Source: Octopus bimaculoides | Taxonomy: Eukaryota | NCBI RefSeq assembly: GCF_001194135.2 | Contig: NC_068987.1 | Coordinates: 14,158,726 to 14,222,725 of the forward strand | Direction: 5' to 3' | DNA: 64,000 bases | Shown here: positions 1 through 13,621 of the stretch, piece after piece | How the letters are laid out: each line of letters begins with the position of its first letter | Position numbering within the stretch: position 1 is the stretch's first letter | The notes under the pieces: generated by a model | The model's database searches: none | What the model was told of the DNA's origin: nothing | What the model saw: the letters and a program-made list of their open reading frames with translations, nothing else | Program-made: the position numbers and the translations under genes

Positions 1-734
1 AAATATTTATAAAATTACCTCGTTAACATTTTTCTTTTTTGTTTTAATCTCCAATTTCAAAAAGGTTTGAAGTAATACAAAAAAAAAAAAATTGAAATAA
101 AGAAAAAATTTATTTATAAAATACTTTATTGAACTCCCAGAATTCTCATATGATATGCAGTTTTTTTTTTTTTTTATCAGTAAGGGAGTTAAAAAAAAAA
201 TAGAAAGAAAAACATAAAATCTATTAGAGAAATTATGTAAGGGCAGATCCACAATTTCTCCTGTATTTCTTGAGGACAAGAGAAGAGAAATCAAACTTTG
301 ATTATAATTGAACATAAACAGAAAAATTACTTTCTGGAAATATGTCATGATGAAGCTGTATCTATTGAAACTGACCAGCAGACTATCTCCACTCAAGTAT
401 GAAGAGATGCTGCAATGAGACAGGATGTGGAGATTAAAAAAAAAAATTTTTTTAAAATTTTTTAATGGTGGGCAAATAAAATATATATATATGTATCCCA
501 ACATTTTTGTTATGAACAAACTTAGTAAGTAAAGCTGTACAAATGTGGAAACTTCACCTTGAGCACATCCAGATCTTCTGGCTATAATACTGACAGTTAG
601 GATTTCTTCTCACTATTCCAACATTAATTTGCCTCAGATCATCTGAAAAGCAATAGACTAGGATGGATTGTTTTGAGAATTGCTTCATAGCTATGCTCTC
701 TACTTTTTAGCATTAGATATATATAAAACATTTT

Positions 735-1093
735 NNNNNNNNNNNNNNNNNNNNNNNNNNNNNNNNNNNNNNNNNNNNNNNNNNNNNNNNNNNNNNNNNN
801 NNNNNNNNNNNNNNNNNNNNNNNNNNNNNNNNNNNNNNNNNNNNNNNNNNNNNNNNNNNNNNNNNNNNNNNNNNNNNNNNNNNNNNNNNNNNNNNNNNNN
901 NNNNNNNNNNNNNNNNNNNNNNNNNNNNNNNNNNNNNNNNNNNNNNNNNNNNNNNNNNNNNNNNNNNNNNNNNNNNNNNNNNNNNNNNNNNNNNNNNNNN
1001 NNNNNNNNNNNNNNNNNNNNNNNNNNNNNNNNNNNNNNNNNNNNNNNNNNNNNNNNNNNNNNNNNNNNNNNNNNNNNNNNNNNNNNNNNNNNN
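735..1093. other. Assembly gap; others at about 12334-12935, 16395-16747, 17356-17364, 24495-25178, 29943-30080, 31129-31429 and 48818-49190
   Basis: Runs of N, mostly adjoining (TA)n or poly-A tracts or repeats. Confidence 0.95.
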
Positions 1094-1299
1094 TTATTCA
1101 CTCTTGTCTTTGGTTTTCCATCTTGATACACCTGGTATTGGCACTCTGGTTACGACGGCATGGCCGACATCATATCCTTTCCCTGCCACCCACTTTACAC
1201 TTCCAACACCAAGGCTCACAGCTCCTGTTGCTGCACCAGTTGCTGTACTATACAAACCACTTGAAACCCGCCAGATCATACTGGGTTGTTTGCTTGGAT
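1094..1299 (-). CDS. TMEM263: TMEM263-like (UPF0444/C12orf23 family) terminal coding exon
   Basis: Acceptor tttttgtctcaatctcag. Encodes (D)PSKQPSMIWRVSSGLYSTATGAATGAVSLGVGSVKWVAGKGYDVGHAVVTRVPIPGVSRWKTKDKSE*. From recall this matches human TMEM263 (QQPGMLSRVTGGIF...VAWIGGK...VVNKVPLTGKKKDKSD). Three exons sum to 342 nt = 113 aa plus stop. Confidence 0.85.
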
Positions 1300-1430
1300 C
1301 TGAGATTGAGACAAAAAATTTTTTTTTAAATTAAAATAAAAAATCCCTAAAAATGTTCATACATTTACCAAATATTTAGAACAATATATTAAGACAAATA
1401 CATAAGAAAATCAACTGACATTGTATTTAA

Positions 1431-1623
1431 CCCTTTAGCATTCAGATTTTTTTTGTTAAATGTAAAGCTTATTTATTCATATTGTTTTGAATTAATCATA
1501 CATTTATCTTGTAGCTTCAAGATTTTGATGATGTGGAAGTTTATGTTTAGAATGACACTGTAGAGTGGGTGTGAAGCTGGTAGAATATTTTCGCTTTATG
1601 TGGCAGGATTAAATGCTAAAGGG
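1431..1623 (+). mobile_element. piggyBac-type MITE, family 1
   Basis: TTAA|CCCTTTAGCATT...AATGCTAAAGGG|TTAA, about 200 bp. Confidence 0.8.
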
Positions 1624-3276
1624 TTAAACAAGGGTATCTTGGTTTGGTGGAGACGATTGAAATATTTAAATCACAATGTCTTCAACACACACACATTGAA
1701 GTTAGAGGAAGACCCATAGACAAAGTCAATTCTATAGTTTAGGTCAGTGGTTCTTAACCTTTTCTTGTAGTGCCTCCGTCTTCCTTTTAAGTAGTTGCTA
1801 TGCCTAGCACCAATGTAAGTGGTGAATGAGGTATCATGACTAAACTAACTTAACATGGTTGATAATATATTTTACTATAAAAACACTGTATAAGCTTTTA
1901 ACAGTGAACGATGCAAAAATTAACAAAGACAGAAGTTATAAATTTACTTTATATATTGCAAGTTAATGACTTCTCTGAGCCACATGAGATCTTGTTTTAT
2001 TATTATAACCATAACTAGTTTTATCAAGTACAATATAATTATTACTGTAGGTAAAATTTAGTATGTCGTGTTACTTCGTTGTCTCCTCACCACTCCCTAA
2101 AACCTCAATGTCAAGTACCCCCTTTGAGAGGAGGGGCAGTACTGCCCACATTGAGAACCTCAGATCTATATGCTTCACTAAAGTACTGTATTTGAAGGCA
2201 TAAAAGATACATGAATATATTAGATGCCCCAAAATATCACCAGGAAACAATGTTTTTGTGCACTGAAAGCTCATGAGAGGCTCAGCTTTGTATACAAGAC
2301 CCAGTGTGATTTTAAAGACATTTTTCTGGGGGTCAAAAAATGCATTTTACATTAGTAAGGCATGTATTACGTTTGTCCACTTATATTTCTCAACCAATGA
2401 ATCCCATGGTGGCACTTTTTCTCACCCTTCCCCTCTAAACTGCATCCAAGTAGAATTTTCTTTCAACTTGTGTTTTCTTCTTTAACCAATCATCTTGAAA
2501 CACCTTAAATTAAGCTTACTGGCCTCCCCTACCAGTCCAGACACCAGTTTAAGAAGGCATGAGAAACCTATAGCTATAGCCCTTTCATCTCAAATATATA
2601 AATAAGACCCAAAGACCAAGTTTTTCAGTGATTAGATCTACCCACTAATTAGAGGAAATTTAAACCAAAAAGACGTTAAGAAAGTACAGACTAAAACAAT
2701 AAAGGATGAAAATTCTGATATAAAAAAGGAAAAAGAAAGTTTCCAATTTAAAATGACAAAACAGAATTCTGTAGTAGTTCAATGATTGAGCTAGACAACT
2801 ATTAAGTTAACATCCTGCTACTAGCTGTATCTTCAACTCTGGCTACTAGTGTCACTGTGATTTCATGGTTCAGTAATCACAATTACATTATAGCATCCAA
2901 TTGCAAAATACCACATACAACAACAACGACAAAAATAAAAAAAATATGTAACTAACTTTGTAGAAGTTACATAACTCTGTTAAAGAAAAATAAAAAACAT
3001 GTACATCCCTGCAAGCTGGTAATTGAATTAAGTCTTAAAATTGAATGAACAAGAAGATGCAACCGACAGAAAATTTAAGACAGCACATTCATACGTATAA
3101 TGCAAAGATGAGAAATTCAATTTAAGGGTAATTTTATTTTTTTTCCTTAATTTAACTTTTTTTTTTTCCTTCTCCAGTTTGAAATTTCAATCTGAATGAA
3201 ATAAAATTTAAAATTCTAATTTGAACTTAAATTAGAATTCCTGTTATATAACTTAATTTTATAGAACTGAAATTCA

Positions 3277-3572
3277 GGGCAGTGGATCAGCAGAATTGTT
3301 AGAATATCAAAAATTCTGTGCTGTATTTATTTTGGCTCTTTACAGTCTGAGTTCAAACCCACCCAGATTGACTTTGCCTTTCATCCAGAAGGAACTGATA
3401 AAATAAAACACTAGTTGTGTACTGGGTACCAATACTCCTAACTAATCCCTCCCCTTTTGGGGTCGATAGATTAAGTACCAGTTACGCACTGGGGTCGATG
3501 TAATCGACTTAATCCCTTTGTCCTTGTTTGTCCCCTCTTTGTTTAGCCCCTTGTGGGCAATAAAGAAATAAG
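3277..3572 (+). mobile_element. Old family A SINE followed by a younger 3'-half copy
   Basis: Degenerate head and core at 3277-3435, fresh tail at 3460-3572. Confidence 0.7.
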
Positions 3573-4654
3573 GGTGGCGTTCCAATTCAAAATTCATGAA
3601 AATTATAGAGAAATATCTAAAAAGAAAACTTGTTGCAGCTAATATTTGCGATTCTGGTGATGGTTGCATTGTTTTTTTTATGGGAAAGGAAAGAACTAAA
3701 CTTGACTGTGTCGAAAATAACCATGAACATTCCATTATAGGATTAACTATGAAAGTGGCAAACCATATATGAAGTAATTAGCATGAATAGAAAGCAATTA
3801 TGTGTTGATAGTGTTAATGGAAATTATGTGACATTTATTATTATTCACCATCCTTCCACCCACAAAGAAATCTGCCTAATGTATTTTATATAAATGTAGC
3901 TGAGTGATTAAGGAGTTTGCTTCCCAACAACATGGATTGTGGGTCCAGTTCCACTGTGTGGTACCTTGGGTAAGTGTCTTCAACTGTAGCCCCAGGGTCA
4001 ACCAAAACCTTGAGTGGATTTGGGGGAAGCTGAAAAAAAACCAGCTGCATATTATATGAGAGTGAATCAGGGGCAGACTGAGCTGTCAGTCAATCAGGCA
4101 CTGTCTGAGGGCCTGGTAAATAGTTATGTTTGAGGACCCTTAATACTCTCAGTCCGCTCCTGGAGTGAATCAAAAAGTAATGCAATTATAAATTGCATTA
4201 CTTTCTGACTCACCCTCATATACATATGTATGTCTGTCTGTCTTTATATATGAATATATGTGTGGGTGTTTGTATCTCTTTGTCTTGGCATTGCATGGTT
4301 GTTGGTAAATGAGTGTTGTTCATTTCAGGTATTCTGTGAAAACATGTCTGGCCCCATGGCCAGACATTTCCTTGCTCAACAACAGGTAAGGGTTGGCAAC
4401 AAGAAGGGCATCAAGCTGTAGAAAATTTGTTTCAATAAATTCCATCTGACCCATGTAAGAATCAAAAAGCTTATTACTACAATTGTGAGGAGTACGGCTT
4501 GAAAGAATGAAAGGCAAAGTTGGTCTTGGTGGGTTCTGAACTCTATTACAATGTTATTAAATCAGATAGAATAGAAGGATCTGAGGAAACTAGTAATTTG
4601 ATAGCCTCCATCCATAAATATTTCGTAAGAGGAATAAATAGGCCAGACCCTTGT

Positions 4655-4708
4655 CAAAGAGAAAGAGAGAGGAGGAGGAGAGGGGAAGAGAGAGAGAGAG
4701 AGAGAGGA

Positions 4709-4776
<68 letters not shown>

Positions 4777-4880
4777 TAAGAGAGAAAAAATGGAGAGAGA
4801 GAGAGAGAGAAAGAAAAAGGAAGAGAGAAAGAAAAAGGAAGAGAGAGAGGGAAAAAAGAGAGAGAAAGGAAGAGAGAAAG
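4655..4880. repeat. (GA)n / purine-rich microsatellite tract
   Basis: Direct observation. Numerous (TA)n, (CA)n, (GATA)n and (CAT)n tracts occur elsewhere. Confidence 0.9.
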
Positions 4881-5524
4881 CAAAATGTCTTTTGAAGGTA
4901 CCAATGGTCTTATTAATTTTCTTAAGATCCCACTGTTTTTAATATCATTTGAAATTACAGTTCAAGGTTACGCAATCTAATAGATTAAAATCTGCCAAAA
5001 ATGTAATCCATCCATTTTTCCAACTTATTTCAATTCTTAGTTTCACACACATGGTCTTTTTTCTTCTTTACTTCAATTACATATATACTTTTCAGTTTGT
5101 GTTTGTTTTTAAATATTGATTTCAAATTTTGGCACAAGGCCAGCTATTCCAGGGAAGAGGATAAGTTGATTACATCAACCTCAGTGTTCAACTGGTACTC
5201 ATTTTATTGACCCCAAAAGGATAAAAGGCAAAGTCGACCTTGGATGAATTTGAACTCAGACTATAAAGATAGATGAAATGTTTTTAGATATTAATAGTGA
5301 TATTTAAACCCCTCTCATACAACTCACCAGACTGCTCCTTGTTCTATGATACAAATGTCCTGTTTTTCAGTGATCTAAAATCAAGCTTTCCATCAAAATC
5401 TAGTATATATAAATTGCAGTATGTGTGTGAATAATAACTAATGCATACATTTCCACAATTCCCAACTGATTTTCTCCAAACTTTACACACACATTAGTTG
5501 TGTCCCAGGGATGGTCATGCACTA

Positions 5525-5680
5525 TACTCTCGGAGTGGTTGGCGTTAGGAAGGGCATCCAGCTGTAGAAACTCTGCCAGATCAGATTGGAGCCTGGTGCA
5601 GCCATCTGGTTTGCCAGTCCTCAGTCAAATCGTCCAACCCATGCTAGCATGGAAAGCAGACGTTAAACGATGATGATGAT
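5525..5680 (+). mobile_element. Short 3'-end copy of the same LINE/SINE tail family
   Basis: Highly similar to the reverse complement of 24270-24430 and ends in (GAT)n. More diverged copies at about 4290-4480, 13850-14030, 43370-43600, 55850-56090 and 62080-62560. Confidence 0.8.
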
Positions 5681-7989
5681 AAACTATAACAAATTAGTTT
5701 TAAGATTTAAACAAACAAAAAATCTTCAACGAAGCATTGAAAATAATTCCTACATGCTGCTGTAGACACAGCTGTTAGAATCATAAGAACTTATATTAGA
5801 CTTCATGTGAAATAGTGCAATCACATCTCAGGATAGCATACCTTAGAGACCTAATTACACAAGATCGATGAAGACATACTATGTAGCAGGCAGACAAAAC
5901 AAATTACTCAGGTATTTAGTTTCCCACAGCCTAAGCAATTACACTCCTCCTATTTCCTTTCTCTCAATCTCTTATTTCCTCTCTACTCTTTCTCTGACAT
6001 TAGTTTCATACTCCTCATGCTAATTGAATAATGAACGAAGAAATTAGGCAATCATAATTTATTTTTCACTGGTATAACCTGTACATTATGTTCCCTGTTG
6101 TTTAACTGCTTTGACATTAAATTCCTTCCAAAGTCATAAATTAATTTTTATTAGTTAGCATTGTTGGACGGGTAGAGGAGGATGCTTATAAAATTGGCAG
6201 CCTTTCTAAATTGGCCAATTGAGGTTAAAGTTGTTGAAGCTCAATTCAAACTACTTCAGCTTAATGATTCAAAGGAAAACATTTCATAGTTTTGGAATTC
6301 TAAGGGAAGAAGGATTAAGAAAAGTGTCCAGTAATCTTACTGAAGATGAATGTATTGAAAAGGTCTTTAATCTCCAGTACAAAAGACAGGAAATGTACCA
6401 TACTAAAAATTGAATTAAGGGAAATAACACATTAAAAAAAAAACAAAAAAACTTGTGAAATAACTAGTTCTGATCCTGAAAACTGACATTTAGTCATTGG
6501 TTAGAATTAACATTTATGTTGTTAGCTGTTTTAGTTGTTTCATATATCTCAATGTAGATCAAATAGTTTTCTCCTTGAGAATATCCAGTAAATAATACAA
6601 TATTTCCATCCATTATTCCTAGGAAGGAAATAAGAGTGGGGTGGGGTGTTGAGAGTCCTCAAGTACCTCTTCTGTATGGTTCTATCAGAAGTAATTGTAA
6701 TTAAACTTTTCAGCTGGATTCCTAAGCATGACCAACTAAGACTTTAAAGTTTCCTGATGGTTGGCTTGAAGAATCTGTCTTTCAATTCTTTCCAGCAACT
6801 ATTGCAATATCTGTTGGTTGTAAATAAAACAGTCAAATATATAAGAATGTAGTGCCATACTACTTTAATCTGCTATTTTGGAACAATTTTTTTAGCGTCT
6901 TCAATATGTATGCTTCATTGCTTCTGTTTTGTATCATAGGTCAAGGATTTGAAAATGTATGGCTTCAGCAAGATTGCAAAAGTGTTTCATATAAAATCTG
7001 AGAGATACAATACAATAGTATTGATCAAACAGAGAAGACATAAGCAATGAATAGACTGCAGTTGTTTAGCTCAAGGTCAGCTCAGATTAACATCTGTTTG
7101 AGTCACATGACATGACAAAATAAGTATAAGAACAACATTAATGCTATAATTGAGTCATTACTGAAGATGTTTTTATTTTGTAAATTTTCAACACCACGTC
7201 ACTGTCCTGGAACCGAAATCTCTTTCAAATGATTTAAATATTTGAGCCATCTAAGTATAAAACCTTTGTTAGTTGTCAGGACACGCACAACTTCTAAAAT
7301 GATTCAAAGATAATGACTTTTAGCAGTGATTACTAAATATTTTTTGTCCTTTCTTTCTACATTCCATATTATGCAGAATTATAACATTAATATACACACA
7401 TACATGTAATACTGTTCTGACAAGAGGATCTCACAATACTATACCAGGTAATAATAATACATATAAAAATTTTCCAATAAAGTAATTATAAACTAAATGC
7501 TTCTTAAAGAATGCTTAAAGCAAAACTAATGACTACAGGTGTGGATGGCAAATGGTAGTGGCCACTTTTGGAAATGCTGATGTAGAAAACAGTGTCCCCA
7601 CCTCCACACGCTTTTAGGGTCTGGAGAGGAAGTGCCTATAGCTTTTGCAGCCCCTCTAAATTGATACCATAAATGGACTACATGAATCTTTGCAAGTCAG
7701 TACTTGCAAAAATGAAATGAGCAAGGAGGGAATTTCAGAAGGCTGAAGTTCTGGGAAGGAAGGACGGGGTGTAGTGATTGATTAATGCAACTATTTTATC
7801 CTTTATCTCACTGATTTTCAGTAACTTGAAACAAAACAGCTATTTGTTCTCAGGAACACATACGGCAATAAAAAGAGTGAAGTTGAAACTGTAGTTACGT
7901 TCTTCTAGCAGTGATTACTAAATACTTTTGATCCTCTCTCTGTCTCATCCCTCAAGCATAATTATAACATTATATTTTAGCAGTCAAGA

Positions 7990-8473
7990 ACTTCACTCCA
8001 CAGCCACAATACCTTGCAGTCCAATATCCAATATCTGGGACATCATCACCCTTGAAAGAGGAACCCCTCCCTGGATTTCTTCCACTGCTGTCCGTCTCTG
8101 GCCTGTCATAGCCATATAGACTTCTAGGTAGAGGGTGAGATCATCTCACCATCTTATCTTTTGTTGGCCTCTTGGCCTTGGTGTCCATTCTATCACTGAT
8201 TGTCCATCTGTTGTCCTTCATTCATGCGATGCTGCCAGCCCATCTATATTTGTTCTCCTTGATGGTTCTTATAATGTCATTGACTCTTGTGTGCTTTTGA
8301 ATCCAGGTGTTGGGTTTCTTGTCCTGCAATGTGATGCCGAGCACGATTCGTTTTGTTTTCCACTGGGCTACAATGAGGGTGTTCATTGTGGTAGTGTTGA
8401 GAGCCCATGTTTCACTGCTGCAAATCAGCCCTGGCAGGATGTACCTGAAGATCTTGGCAGTAATAATATTCAA
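7990..8473 (-). mobile_element. Degenerate RTE-type LINE 3' fragment (RT C-terminal region)
   Basis: ILPGLICSSETWAL...RIVLGITLQDKKPNTWIQKHTRVNDIIRTIKENKYRWAGSIA matches the YGxETW...W.GH..R tail of RTE-clade ORF2. Stops and frameshifts downstream. Confidence 0.8.
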
Positions 8474-9936
8474 ATAAATTCATTCATATTGGCAGCACAG
8501 AGTTGTTTATCTTAAAATCCTACCACATTTGCAAATGAAATTATTTGTTGAACATTCTTATCATTTCTCCCATTTTTCACATTTTTTTTGTTTTTAACAA
8601 ATTAACTAATCAGAGACAATTGAAACTTAATTAAAACATGTACACCAATAACATGTGGATCAGACCCAGATAACTGAAATATTGTTTGTGGTAAGGGAAA
8701 CTAATGAGCATGTATCTAGAAAGATATTTTTAAAGTTTTGGATGAATGACTCCTTTCACCCCCCACCCCAAAATAAAAGATGATCTACTTGGAAAAAATT
8801 CATCTAAATATATCTACAAGATTTGTGCGTCAGTTGTTATACTTTTAAAAGTAGTTTTAAGAAGTCAGGCATCATGGAAACCTGCCAGCATGGAATTGTA
8901 ACATCAAATTTCTTGTTTCTGCTGCTGCTGTTACTTCTAAATAACCAAATATTTAACAAAATTTTTAAAAAGATGAATATCACCTTTTTACTCAATACTA
9001 AATCTTCATAAGTTTACAAAACTTCATAAATTAAAATTAAATTTTTTTCTTAAAAATCAGTTGTTTACTTCAGAAAGTGGATCTGCTATTACGAAACTAT
9101 AAATAAATATATAAAAGCATCATTATCACTATCACAAATATAGGTTGTGAAACAGATAATTTGTTTGTTAGTGGGAAGAGTAGGTGATAGCTGCTTTCAT
9201 GACACACTGATTTGATTTTATTAGATTTTTTTTTTTCTTTTTGGCATTTACCAAAATACAAAATGCCAATTTCTCTCAACCTATGAGATGAAACATGAAA
9301 AAGAATGGAAAATGAACACTTATTTAATTAAGCTTCTTTTATCTTTTTCAATAACTTGAAGTTAACACAGAATGTAGCAGAAGTGAGGAGAATATAAGAC
9401 AGAGAGGAATGAAGCAGTTCCCAAGTAAAATGTAACCCTAAAAAGGTAACCTGAACTAAAGTTGATATAGTCAGGAAGTAGAAGTATCATATTTTGTCTG
9501 CAAGAGCACCAACTGTCAGTATATAATACATATGGTAAGAATAGACAAAAGATGAATGTTGCAGTTAAGTTGCTAATATAACTTATTTCCTAGATTCCAG
9601 GGCATGGCTTCATAACTTTATTAAAAACATTACACTGAATCCTTGAGCAACGTATATTTATTAGCTTTCACTTCATATAAATAATGTCTGCATTAGAAAT
9701 GTATGATGCATGACATAATTTTGCTAGTGTCACAAGCAGACTGTCCCAAACAAGGCTATAAAAGATCTACAGAGCAGATTAAAAGGTCCATGTTTGTTTT
9801 CACACAATTTAAAACAAAAGAATAGCAGATCAAATGCCCAGAAGAATGAAAAGAACATTACAGTTAGATAAACAGTGTTTACTACATTGGTGTATTTATA
9901 TAACAATAATGCATAAAGAAAACATTATGCATGGTC

Positions 9937-9976
<40 letters not shown>

Positions 9977-11198
9977 ATGTATAGTTATCATAACATCCAC
10001 TTTTCAATGCTTGCATGAGTTAGAGTTTACTGAGACAGATTTTCTACTGCTGGATGTCCTTTCTGTTGCCAACCTTCACTTGTTTCCAAGCAAGGTAACA
10101 TTTCTCATACATATCTCAATTAATGAATGATGAAAGAATAGGAGTTATGTAATCGCTTTCATTAGCTCAGAATGGTTTGCAAATTCAAATCTCTATTAAA
10201 CATCAGCTGATATAAATGTTGGCTGCTTGATTATTTTCCTGTCACATTTTACATTGTATAGAGAGAAGGTAAGACAGAGAGAAAGAGAGAAAAAAAAGAG
10301 AGATTGAGTATAAAAGATATATAGAGGGAGTTAACAAAAGAGGTGCAAGATGACTGCACACACTAGGTTTGGTGACAGGCAATGAGTAAATGAATGCAGA
10401 AGCTATACACACACACAAACACAGTGAAAAATAATTATAAAGAGAGAAAGGACAGAGTGATTAATGACAATACTTATGGAAGGAGTTATACAAATGAGAA
10501 ATTTATTTTAATTTTTATTTTAAGGTAATAAATCTTTTCTTTTGAAAATTAGTACTCATTTCATAATTTTGTACAGGTGACTAGACATGTGATAAATGTT
10601 GAAATTTTAACTATTATATGTATACCATATTTTCTGATATCATCCACAGTGACAAAAGTATACTTCTAAAGATACCTGTCATATGACAGGTAACACTTAT
10701 ATTTTAACAAATTACAATAGCAAAATACACTAATTCCTTTACAATACTGTAAATGCATTCAGTAAGCTCATCCATCACCTCACCATCATTGATTCATACG
10801 CTCCATCAAGTATAATTATCAAAGAAAAGTTTGTAGAATGTAGCTAATTTCAGCTGTTGGCTTACTGTAATTACTAACAAGACTAATTACAAGTTAAAAT
10901 ACTAGGTTAATCTTGGTCTCGTAGTTACAGGTCAAACATTACCAAAACCATTGTGTTGTACTTCCTTGGTAAGGTACAAACGTACATTTTTGCTTAGAAG
11001 GTTTAGCTGATAAATAAGGCCCCCCTCCCCCCACCGCCTCAAGAGTTGATGTAATTATCTGTAGCAAAGGAATCAAACTTACAAAGAAAATATCAATCCA
11101 ACAATGCAAAATCCAGATTTGAAAAAGCTATTCCCTGCCAATGCAACCACAAAAATCATCATTTAACATCGACATTTCCATAAAATTAGTTGAGGTAA

Positions 11199-11550
11199 GA
11201 GAGTATTGTAGTTCGCTTGAAGCATTGTGTATTGTTTGTAAAGAATAAAGTTTAGAATGGTACAACAATGCACTATAGAACAAAAAATGGACTATATACC
11301 TGTTGTAATTTGGTTATCTATAGTCCGATGATATTTCGGAATTACAATTCCTTCTTCAGATCTTCTTAGCTGGAGTCTCTGCTATAATCGTTGGAATACA
11401 GTTTATAGCAGAGACTCCAGCTAAGAAGATCTGAAGAAGGAATTGTAATTCCGAAATATCATTGGACTATAGATAACCAAATTACAACAGGTATATAGTC
11501 CATTTTTTGTTCTATAGTGCATTGTTGTACCATTCTAAACTTTTTATTCT
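11199..11550. mobile_element. Palindromic Penelope-type pseudo-LTR insertion with a 13-bp TSD and hammerhead motifs
   Basis: TTAGTTGAGGTAA at 11186-11198 and 11551-11563. Near-perfect arms of about 149 bp (11239-11387 and 11403-11553) around a 15-nt loop. Confidence 0.7.
11428..11463 (+). ncRNA. Minimal type-I hammerhead ribozyme motif (mirror copy at 11327-11362 on the minus strand)
   Basis: gat-CTGAAGA-A-GGAAT-tgta-ATTCC-GAAA-TA-TC-att: core CUGANGA...GAAA, 5-bp stem II, 3-bp stem I, loopless palindromic stem III (AUAU), AUC cleavage triplet. Confidence 0.6.
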
Positions 11551-11930
11551 TTAGTTGAGGTAAATTTTTCTATGGCCAAGTGTCCTTCCTATTACCAACC
11601 CTGACTTATTTCTAACTGAGGTAATACTTCCCCTATAGCTAGACATGCTTTTCATGGAATACTGAAAAGGAACAACATAACTTGTATGATGGTGATGTTC
11701 ATTTACAACCATCAGATGATGGTCAAGACAAGGATGTACACAAACACATGTCTATATCCACTATATACAACAGAAGCAGTATTAGATTGGGTATGTGCTA
11801 CTGACAAAGCCCAACAATTTTTATCTCCTCCTGGTATATGTTTGTGCTTTTAAACACTGTATACATAAGAGATATTATTCCCAGACGAATACTGCAATAT
11901 ATTTGCTTTTTCACAATGTATCTGCATTCA

Positions 11931-12133
11931 CCCTTTAGCATTCAAATTACTGTCAAATGTAATGCTTATTAATTCACATTGTTTTGAGTTAATCATGCAT
12001 TATCTCATAGCTTTGAGATTTCGATGTGGTTGTTTATTTGTAAGGTAGGCTGTAGGAGGCCAAATCTGGCCAGTTTTAACATAAAACAGACAGAATATTT
12101 GAGGTGGATATGGCTGGTTTAAATGCTAAAGGG
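11931..12133 (+). mobile_element. piggyBac-type MITE, family 1
   Basis: Same TIRs and body as 1431-1623; TTAA flanks mutated. Confidence 0.75.
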
Positions 12134-12935
12134 TCAAGTATGATATACAAATGGCTATACACACACACATTTGTTTTCCTATGTGTTTGTTCTGTTGTCT
12201 GTAAACAAAGTCCGTTTTGTTTTTATGTCCCCGTTCATTTTTCTAACGTCCTGTACCTGGATATGCATCTATATATACATGTAGATGTAGGTATGTACAT
12301 ATATGTATGTATACATGCATATGCTTATATATCNNNNNNNNNNNNNNNNNNNNNNNNNNNNNNNNNNNNNNNNNNNNNNNNNNNNNNNNNNNNNNNNNNN
12401 NNNNNNNNNNNNNNNNNNNNNNNNNNNNNNNNNNNNNNNNNNNNNNNNNNNNNNNNNNNNNNNNNNNNNNNNNNNNNNNNNNNNNNNNNNNNNNNNNNNN
12501 NNNNNNNNNNNNNNNNNNNNNNNNNNNNNNNNNNNNNNNNNNNNNNNNNNNNNNNNNNNNNNNNNNNNNNNNNNNNNNNNNNNNNNNNNNNNNNNNNNNN
12601 NNNNNNNNNNNNNNNNNNNNNNNNNNNNNNNNNNNNNNNNNNNNNNNNNNNNNNNNNNNNNNNNNNNNNNNNNNNNNNNNNNNNNNNNNNNNNNNNNNNN
12701 NNNNNNNNNNNNNNNNNNNNNNNNNNNNNNNNNNNNNNNNNNNNNNNNNNNNNNNNNNNNNNNNNNNNNNNNNNNNNNNNNNNNNNNNNNNNNNNNNNNN
12801 NNNNNNNNNNNNNNNNNNNNNNNNNNNNNNNNNNNNNNNNNNNNNNNNNNNNNNNNNNNNNNNNNNNNNNNNNNNNNNNNNNNNNNNNNNNNNNNNNNNN
12901 NNNNNNNNNNNNNNNNNNNNNNNNNNNNNNNNNNN

Positions 12936-12975
<40 letters not shown>

Positions 12976-13056
12976 TGTGAATGTATACATATGCAAAATA
13001 TGAGATGTAAAATTAGTTTGAAATTAATTAGAAATTTTTAAATATAAAAAACCTAC

Positions 13057-13150
13057 CATTTTCTACATCTGCCTTTTTACTGGCGTTGGTTCCTTGGATG
13101 TTTGTTTCACTATTTGTATTTGATCTTGTGTCAACTGCTTCTGGTGATTC
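13057..13150 (-). CDS. TMEM263: TMEM263-like gene, coding exon 2 (ESPEAVDTRSNTNSETNIQGTNASKKADVEN)
   Basis: Acceptor ctttccacag, donor G|GTAGGT, 94 nt open, phase 0 to phase 1. Joins exon 3 to give GAT (Asp) in frame. Acidic/polar N-terminal segment as in vertebrate TMEM263. Confidence 0.7.
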
Positions 13151-13516
13151 CTGTGGAAAGAACACATTGTATAAAGAATTTAATTAGTTAATTGTTTAAA
13201 TGACACCGGTAGCAAGACAAATAACCAACTAAATTGCTTTAGGTGATGGTATTTTTATGTACATTTTGTTACCTTTTAAATAACTGGGGGAGAGGGGGAA
13301 TTTAATGCTGGTAAAACATGTATCTAGTGTATTTTTATAACCTGGTGGAACCTATTGTTTATTCAGGGTCTTTTTTTATTTATTTACCTTGTTGAATCAA
13401 CATCAGGACCTGGAAATGTTAAGTCTTATTGGAGTCATTCACCCAGCCATTTCAGTCAGTGCCTTATTAAACTTCTATGCACTTGGTAACTTAGAGAGAC
13501 AGAGAAGGAAAGCTAA

Positions 13517-13554
<38 letters not shown>

Positions 13555-13621
13555 TGTGCGTGCGTGCGTGCGTGTGTGTGTGCAGATGCAAGAAAATATG
13601 CAAAATACCAAAGCAACTTAA

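Noticed and set aside
7-519. 170-aa minus-strand ORF
   Set aside because: Low-complexity F/K/I-rich translation of AT-rich sequence, probably TMEM263 3' UTR; no motif or splice support.
12104-13041. Long ORFs in several frames (also those across the other N-gaps)
   Set aside because: Artefacts of N runs and (TA)n/(CA)n tracts.
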